Source: Bacillota bacterium (GTDB lineage: Bacteria > Bacillota > Sulfobacillia > DUSP01 > JBFMCS01). Taken from it: a DNA stretch of 64,000 nt. Below are positions 58,978 through 64,000 of this stretch, one piece after another (the first letter of the stretch is position 1; every line of letters starts with the position of its first letter). Made by a program: the position numbers and the translations under genes. A model generated the notes under the pieces. That model was not told where the DNA came from, did no database searches, and was given only the letters and a program-made list of their open reading frames with translations. The stretch is taken from NCBI GenBank assembly GCA_040754315.1, contig JBFMCS010000051.1, positions 74,840 to 138,839 on the forward strand, in the 5' to 3' direction.

Positions 58978-59448
58978 ATGGTGCTCGGAGGAAAGAAGAT
59001 CATCTGCATTGGAGAGCGAGACGGCGTGCCGGCGCCAGCTATGGCTGAGTGTGTCGCCAGTGCTGGTGCCCAGGTAGTCCTGGCTTTAACCCAGTGTTTT
59101 GTGTGAACGGCCGCAGGAGCCATGGACCTGGAGGATCAGGGGACCATCAAGCGAGTCGCCGAGGAACACGCCGGGGATAACCTGGTGGTGATACTCGGAT
59201 CCCCCACTAGTGAGGCCGCGGAGATATACGCGGAGACGGTAACTGTGGGAGACCCCACCTACGCGGGTCCATTGGCCGGAGTCTCGTTGAGACTCCCCGT
59301 ATATCATATCCTGGAGCCGGAGATAAAGGCTGAGATCGACCCGGATACCTACGACAAGCAGGTAGGCATGATGGAACTGGTGCTGGATACCGAAGGGATC
59401 ACTAAGGCGATGAAGATGGCGAGGGAGAGGCATCTTGGCCAGGCCTAA
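58978..59448 (+). CDS. grdA: Grd selenoprotein A (GrdA), with in-frame UGA (Sec) at 59104-59106
   Basis: From ATG 58978: [56 protein letters not shown] ... This matches the GrdA [13 protein letters not shown] site. The C-terminal part equals ORF 59122-59448. SD AGGAGGTGA. Confidence 0.85.
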
Positions 59449-59899
59449 CAGCACGCTATCCTCCCAGGGTATCGCTTCCGGCCCGAGGCCGGGGGCCGTC
59501 CTGGCTGCCCTCCACGACCTTCAGGAGCGCCACGGCTACCTTCCTGAGGACGGGCTGCGAGCGGCGGCGAAGGGCCTGGGGGTGCCGCTAGGCCAGGTGT
59601 TCTCCGTGGCTGCCTTCTATGATGGCTTCCGCCTGGAACCCAGGGGACGATGCCTCGTCGAGGTCTGCCAAGGAACGGCATGCCATGTGCGGGGGGCGGA
59701 CGGGGTAGCCAGGGCCTTTCAGGATGAGACGGGCGCCCCTGTGGGGGGTTCAAGCGAGGATATGGCCTACTCCGTGGAGAACGTTCGGTGCATAGGCTGC
59801 TGCAGCCTGGCTCCTGTCGCCAGGATCGACGGCCAGGTGTTCGCTAGGCTTACGCCCAAGAAGGCCCGTAGCCTGGTAAGGAGGGAGGCGCCCCAGTGA
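59435..59899 (+). CDS. NuoE/HndA-like [2Fe-2S] thioredoxin-fold subunit (24 kDa-type)
   Basis: HGYLPEDGLRAAAKGLGVPLGQVFSVAAFYDGF ... CQGTACHVRGA ... CIGCCSLAP is the NuoE cluster motif. Confidence 0.75.
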   Translation: MARPNSTLSSQGIASGPRPGAVLAALHDLQERHGYLPEDGLRAAAKGLGVPLGQVFSVAAFYDGFRLEPRGRCLVEVCQGTACHVRGADGVARAFQDETGAPVGGSSEDMAYSVENVRCIGCCSLAPVARIDGQVFARLTPKKARSLVRREAPQ

Positions 59900-61752
59900 C
59901 CTGGGATCTTGCAGAGCTCCGGGAGGAGGGGCTCAGGAGCCTGTATCCTGGCATCCCCAGGATCGGTGTTGGCACGTCCACGTGTGGAAGGGCTGCCGGG
60001 GCGGGTGATGTGTACCAGGCGCTGGTGGAGGCGGGCCAAGACAGGGTCCAGGTCAAGGAGGTGGGCTGCGCCGGTTACTGCCAGGTAGAGCCTGTGGTGA
60101 CCGTGCACGTGCCGGGAAGGGCCAGGGTGGTCTTTCACACAGTTTGTCCCTCGATGGCTCCGGCCATGGTATCCTGGGCGCTGGGATCATCTGGCCCCCT
60201 AGACCCTGTCGCCGAGATGGAGTCGGATGGTCTGGCGCCAGGCGCCGAGCGCAGGCTGGGTCGGGGATGGGGGCTTTCGCCCCTGCGTGACCTGGACTTC
60301 TATCGCGGGCAGAACAGGCTTGTCATGAGGAACTGCGGGATTATAGACCCCTCAAGCCTGCCCGAGTACGTTGCTGTGGGCGGGTTTGCCTCCCTGGTTA
60401 TGGCGCTGGGACGGCCTCCCGAGGAGATCCTGGAGGAAATCACTGCGTCCGGCCTTAGGGGGAGGGGAGGCGCAGGTTTTCCCACGGGATATAAGTGGCA
60501 GGCGACGAGGTCGGTGCCCAGCGAGGACAGGTACGTGATATGCAATGCCGATGAGGGTGATCCAGGCGCCTACATGGACAGGGGGCTCCTTGAGTCAGAT
60601 CCCTTCGCGGTACTGGAGGGGCTCATCATCGCCGCCTACGTGGTGGGCGCCCATACGACGATCATCTATGTTAGGGCTGAATACCCATTGGCAGTAGCCA
60701 GGCTAGAGTCGGCCATCGAATCGGCCCGGATGGCAGGGCTTACCGGTCCATCCATCCTCGGAACGGGCTTTGGCGTTGATATAATACTGGTAAAGGGAGC
60801 GGGCGCCTACGTTTGCGGGGAGGAGACGGCGCTCATAGCCTCGGTGGAGGGAAGGCCTGGGGAGCCCAGGCCCAGACCACCCTTCCCCGCCCAGAAGGGG
60901 CTTTGGGGCAGGCCCACCGTGATCAACAACGTTGAGACACTCGCCAACGTCCCGGCGGTGCTGGCGATGGGGAAGGACAGGTTCCGTTCCTTTGGTACCG
61001 AGGCATCCCCCGGGACTAAGGTGTTCAGCCTTGTGGGTGATGTTCGAAACGCGGGGCTGGTGGAGGTGGAGATGGGTACGCCGCTTGAGGCCTTAATGGC
61101 AATGGGTGGGGTCGACGCCTCCAGTGTCAAGGCGGTGCAGACAGGCGGGCCGTCAGGCGGTGTGATCCCCGGTTCCATGCTGGATCTGCCGGTTGACTAC
61201 GAGGCCCTCGCCAGGGCGGGGAGCATCATGGGCTCCGGCGGCCTGGTTGTGATGGGACACACCGCATGCATGGTGGATGTGGCTCGGTACTTCCTGGGCT
61301 TCGCGGCACAGGAAGCCTGCGGCAAGTGCACTCCCTGCAGGGAAGGGATGGCCAGGATGAGGGGGGTCCTCGACAGACTCGTGGAAGGGAGTGGGCGACC
61401 AGGTGACCTGGAGACCCTGGAGGAATGGGCGCTGGCCGTGAAGGATGCGTCCCTGTGCGGCCTTGGGCAGAACACCCCGAACCCTGTGTTGACTACCCTG
61501 AGGCACTTCGCTGGCGAATATGAGGCACACCTGGAGGGCCACTGCCTCGCAGGCGTGTGCCGGGCGCTGATCAGATACCACATTGACACGGCTCGTTGTC
61601 TAGCCTGCGGGGTGTGCCAGGACGAGTGCGCCGCGGGTGCCGTTTTAGGCGAAGAGGAGCGGCTGATAGACCCGGACCGCTGCATCCGTTGCGGGTCGTG
61701 CAAAGAGGTATGCCCGGCGGAGGCGATCAGCATTGGCAATGGACATCGATGA
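59896..61752 (+). CDS. NuoF/HndC-like NAD(P)H-binding FMN flavoprotein with C-terminal 2x[4Fe-4S] ferredoxin domain
   Basis: LRGRGGAGFPTGYKW is the NADH/FMN site. The 51-kDa 4Fe-4S region CGKCTPCREG. C-terminal CLACGVCQDEC ... CIRCGSCKEVCP. Confidence 0.85.
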   Translation: MTWDLAELREEGLRSLYPGIPRIGVGTSTCGRAAGAGDVYQALVEAGQDRVQVKEVGCAGYCQVEPVVTVHVPGRARVVFHTVCPSMAPAMVSWALGSSGPLDPVAEMESDGLAPGAERRLGRGWGLSPLRDLDFYRGQNRLVMRNCGIIDPSSLPEYVAVGGFASLVMALGRPPEEILEEITASGLRGRGGAGFPTGYKWQATRSVPSEDRYVICNADEGDPGAYMDRGLLESDPFAVLEGLIIAAYVVGAHTTIIYVRAEYPLAVARLESAIESARMAGLTGPSILGTGFGVDIILVKGAGAYVCGEETALIASVEGRPGEPRPRPPFPAQKGLWGRPTVINNVETLANVPAVLAMGKDRFRSFGTEASPGTKVFSLVGDVRNAGLVEVEMGTPLEALMAMGGVDASSVKAVQTGGPSGGVIPGSMLDLPVDYEALARAGSIMGSGGLVVMGHTACMVDVARYFLGFAAQEACGKCTPCREGMARMRGVLDRLVEGSGRPGDLETLEEWALAVKDASLCGLGQNTPNPVLTTLRHFAGEYEAHLEGHCLAGVCRALIRYHIDTARCLACGVCQDECAAGAVLGEEERLIDPDRCIRCGSCKEVCPAEAISIGNGHR

Positions 61753-62578
61753 CCGCGAGGTCCCCTGGGAAGAAGGACAGACTGTGCTCGAGGCCGCAAG
61801 GCGGGGAGGCATAGAGATACCCACCCTCTGCCACCACCCGGGCCTTGAGCCCTATGGCGCGTGCAGGGTTTGCCTGGTAGAGATCGTGGACGGCGGGCGG
61901 AAGGGCCTCTCTGCTTCCTGTTGCCTAGCGGCTGCCGACGGCCTCCGGGTGGTGACATCCTCCGACAGGGTGCTGAGGGCCCGCCGCGTGGTGGTGGGGT
62001 TCCTGCTGGACAGGCTACCCCCCTCAAGCCCCCTGCGGTCGCTGGCCCCTTCCCTGAGGGTGAGCCCTGCTCCAGACGAGACAGGCCAGGATGATTGCGT
62101 AGCCTGCGGGCGTTGCATGAGGGCGTGCGCTGCCGTGGGCAGGCATGCCATCTCCTTTGCCTGGCGCGGCACCCGGAGGCGGCCTGTGACCCCCTTCGAG
62201 GCCTCCTCGCCAGACTGCGTGGGATGCACCGCCTGTGCCCAGGTCTGTCCCACCGGAGCCATAAGGGCTGAGGCTGGCAATGATTCGATGCTTCTTGATC
62301 GGTGGAAGACCAGGGTTCCCCTGGTGTTGTGCCAGGCCTGCGGTCAAGCCGCAGGTCCGGAGCCACTCTTGGCTCGGGCCGGGGACCTTCACCAGCAGGT
62401 CTACTTGTGCGCGGCATGCCGCCGGCGCCATGCCGTGCGCTTTGGCAGCGGTTGGCCCGTCCGGCGGGCAGCCGGTCCATCATGGCCGGGGGCGACTCCC
62501 TGTCTCCCCTCTTCTGCCCCGGGGCACAGGCCGGTAGCCATCGTTGCGCACCTGCGGGGGTGTTCAGGTGAGAGTTGA
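61733..62578 (+). CDS. NuoG/HndD N-terminal-like [2Fe-2S]+[4Fe-4S] ferredoxin protein lacking a catalytic (hydrogenase/FDH) domain
   Basis: 2Fe-2S motif LCHHPGLEPYGACRVCLVEI. His/Cys and CxxCxxC clusters (CVACGRCMRAC, CVGCTACAQVCP). It ends after about 280 aa. Confidence 0.65.
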   Translation: MAMDIDDREVPWEEGQTVLEAARRGGIEIPTLCHHPGLEPYGACRVCLVEIVDGGRKGLSASCCLAAADGLRVVTSSDRVLRARRVVVGFLLDRLPPSSPLRSLAPSLRVSPAPDETGQDDCVACGRCMRACAAVGRHAISFAWRGTRRRPVTPFEASSPDCVGCTACAQVCPTGAIRAEAGNDSMLLDRWKTRVPLVLCQACGQAAGPEPLLARAGDLHQQVYLCAACRRRHAVRFGSGWPVRRAAGPSWPGATPCLPSSAPGHRPVAIVAHLRGCSGES

Positions 62579-62855
62579 GATCTGTTTCTGCGGACCCTTC
62601 GCCGAGCGGGCGGGCAGGGACCGACTCGTGGTGGACCTGGCGGATGGCGCGACGATCAGCGATTTGATCAAGTCCATCGGGGAAAGGGTGGAACCTGCGT
62701 TTAACGAAGCCTTTCTGGAGCGCCTCGGGTCCGGAGGAGCCCTTCTGAGGCTTCTTCTTCACAATGGCAGACACGTGTGCCGGCCCTCTGGTCTCCTGAC
62801 GCGGCTATCCCACGGTGACCGCATAACGCTGGTGCCTCCCATGGAGGGTGGCTAA
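62568..62855 (+). CDS. Second MoaD/ThiS-like small protein ending in Gly-Gly
   Basis: About 95 aa ending ... LVPPMEGG, with a beta-grasp-like pattern. The start is assumed at GTG 62568. Confidence 0.45.
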   Translation: MRVEICFCGPFAERAGRDRLVVDLADGATISDLIKSIGERVEPAFNEAFLERLGSGGALLRLLLHNGRHVCRPSGLLTRLSHGDRITLVPPMEGG

Positions 62856-63897
62856 CGTGGCAGGGGGCGACATGAAGCCAAAGCATGGCACATCAGGGGC
62901 AAGCAGGCTCGAGCCCGGGGACAGGTGGGCCGTCCTCTCCATGCTCTCATCGGCCGGGGGGACCCTCTTTGACCGGATGGCCTCGGTTTCCGCGGACCCC
63001 TTCGTCGGGTCGCTCATCAAGGTGGTGCCCACCTTTGTGTTCTCAGGGCTAGCCCTTGCCGCTGGCGGGACACGCCACTTCGGGCGAGCGTGGCCGCGAT
63101 CTCCAGGTTTCGCCGGCAACAGCGCTGTGCTCCCAACCGTCGCCTGTGGCATCCTCTCCCAGGGCCTTGCCTTCCCCATGCTCCTGGCAGCCCTCCGTTA
63201 CGGAGGCGCCTTCCTGGTCACACCCATGGTGCACGGCGCAGTGTTGTGGGCTGCGATAACCAGCCACTTCCTGCTGGATGACAGGCTAGACCGGAGGATG
63301 CTGGTGGGATGCGTCATGCTGGCGGCCGGCCTAGGCTGCATGGCCGCCGGGCAGGCTATGGGTATCCCAGTCAGCCATCGCTGGGTTGAGGGTATGTGGC
63401 TGGGGCTTGGGGTCGGCCTCATCTATGGTGTGGCAGGGACGCTCCGGCGCTGGAGTCTCCTTCACGGGCTCCGGGTTGGAGATGCCCTGTTTCTCAGGTC
63501 CGGCGGAGGCTTGGCGTCGCTTGGGGTCTGGTGGCTGGTCTTGGGGAAGACGGAGGCAGCCCGGGGGATCCCCTTTCCTGTCATCGCCATACTGCTGGGC
63601 TCCGGAGGCTTCGCGCTCCTCTATGACTACTTCACAACGAGCGCCTGGGGCAAGACCACCATCGCGAAGGCTGGCAGCATCACGTCGTTGAGCACGCCAC
63701 TGGTGGCCTTGGTTTCCTGGGGGTTCCTGGGAGAGCGGGTGAACCTGCTCATGTGCGTAGGCCTCGTCATGAGCGTGCTGGGGGCCTGGGTGGTTCACCG
63801 GGGAAAGGGCGAGCCTCACGGAGGAGGCGGCGGGGTTTCTCCCGACAGGACCGGCCCGGTCTCCCATGGCCCAGCACTGTCGGAGCGAATGAGTTGA
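62848..63897 (+). CDS. Polytopic membrane protein (EamA/DMT-like, tentative)
   Basis: About 10 hydrophobic segments and Gly-rich helices. No specific family signature was recognised. Confidence 0.4.
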   Translation: MANVAGGDMKPKHGTSGASRLEPGDRWAVLSMLSSAGGTLFDRMASVSADPFVGSLIKVVPTFVFSGLALAAGGTRHFGRAWPRSPGFAGNSAVLPTVACGILSQGLAFPMLLAALRYGGAFLVTPMVHGAVLWAAITSHFLLDDRLDRRMLVGCVMLAAGLGCMAAGQAMGIPVSHRWVEGMWLGLGVGLIYGVAGTLRRWSLLHGLRVGDALFLRSGGGLASLGVWWLVLGKTEAARGIPFPVIAILLGSGGFALLYDYFTTSAWGKTTIAKAGSITSLSTPLVALVSWGFLGERVNLLMCVGLVMSVLGAWVVHRGKGEPHGGGGGVSPDRTGPVSHGPALSERMS

Positions 63898-64000
63898 GGG
63901 CCCATTGACCTAGCCAGTTACCGCACGCCCTTGCTTCAGGGACTGGTCAATGGCTTCGATGACGTGAAGCGGGAGTCCAGAGAGGTTCAGGATCAGCCTG

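Noticed and set aside
1-64000. CRISPR arrays or other tandem repeat arrays
   Set aside because: No spaced direct repeats were seen anywhere in the window.

Overview
High-GC (about 60-65%) bacterial chromosome window. Gene content points to a spore-forming anaerobic Firmicutes-like organism: ytrH/ytrI, a SpoIIE-like PP2C protein, murT/gatD and secDF are all present. The window has three parts. (1) 1-6.2 kb is a decayed accessory region. It holds a VapB/VapC-like toxin-antitoxin remnant with frameshifts, an intact PAS + HD-GYP phosphodiesterase, a transposase fragment, tRNA-Pro(CGG) and a fragmented surface-protein gene. (2) 6.5-32 kb is a largely syntenic block of mostly intact genes, all + strand except ytrH/ytrI. 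It runs L,D-transpeptidase, MurT/GatD, ytrH/ytrI, TrmO, SecD/SecF, a cyclic-2,3-diphosphoglycerate-synthetase-like protein, an M28 peptidase, a CDF metal exporter, an orphan ChlI-like AAA+/VWA pair and a RecJ with a long C-terminal extension. Interspersed are gene remnants: an asnB C-terminal fragment, a frameshifted glnA, IS200/IS605 tnpB pieces abutting a P-type ATPase fragment, and a DinJ-like antitoxin. (3) 32.7-63.9 kb is one co-directional supercluster of about 30 genes for anaerobic ureide and amino-acid fermentation. It starts with a YgeW-like carbamoyltransferase, an SsnA-like amidohydrolase, ATP-dependent hydantoinase A/B, an opine-dehydrogenase-like protein and a ferredoxin. It continues with two tungsten-type aldehyde:ferredoxin oxidoreductases, MoaD-like proteins, a PreA-like DHOD-family protein, acdA-iorA-iorB-acdB, an APC permease, an Fe-ADH and an IclR regulator. 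It then carries a selenium-dependent Grd reductase set (grdB with in-frame UGA, grdE, grdC, trxA, grdA with in-frame UGA) followed directly by a NuoE/NuoF/NuoG-N-like flavoprotein module. Two selenocysteine UGA codons were read directly from the sequence. The six-frame ORF track splits both selenoproteins at the UGA.
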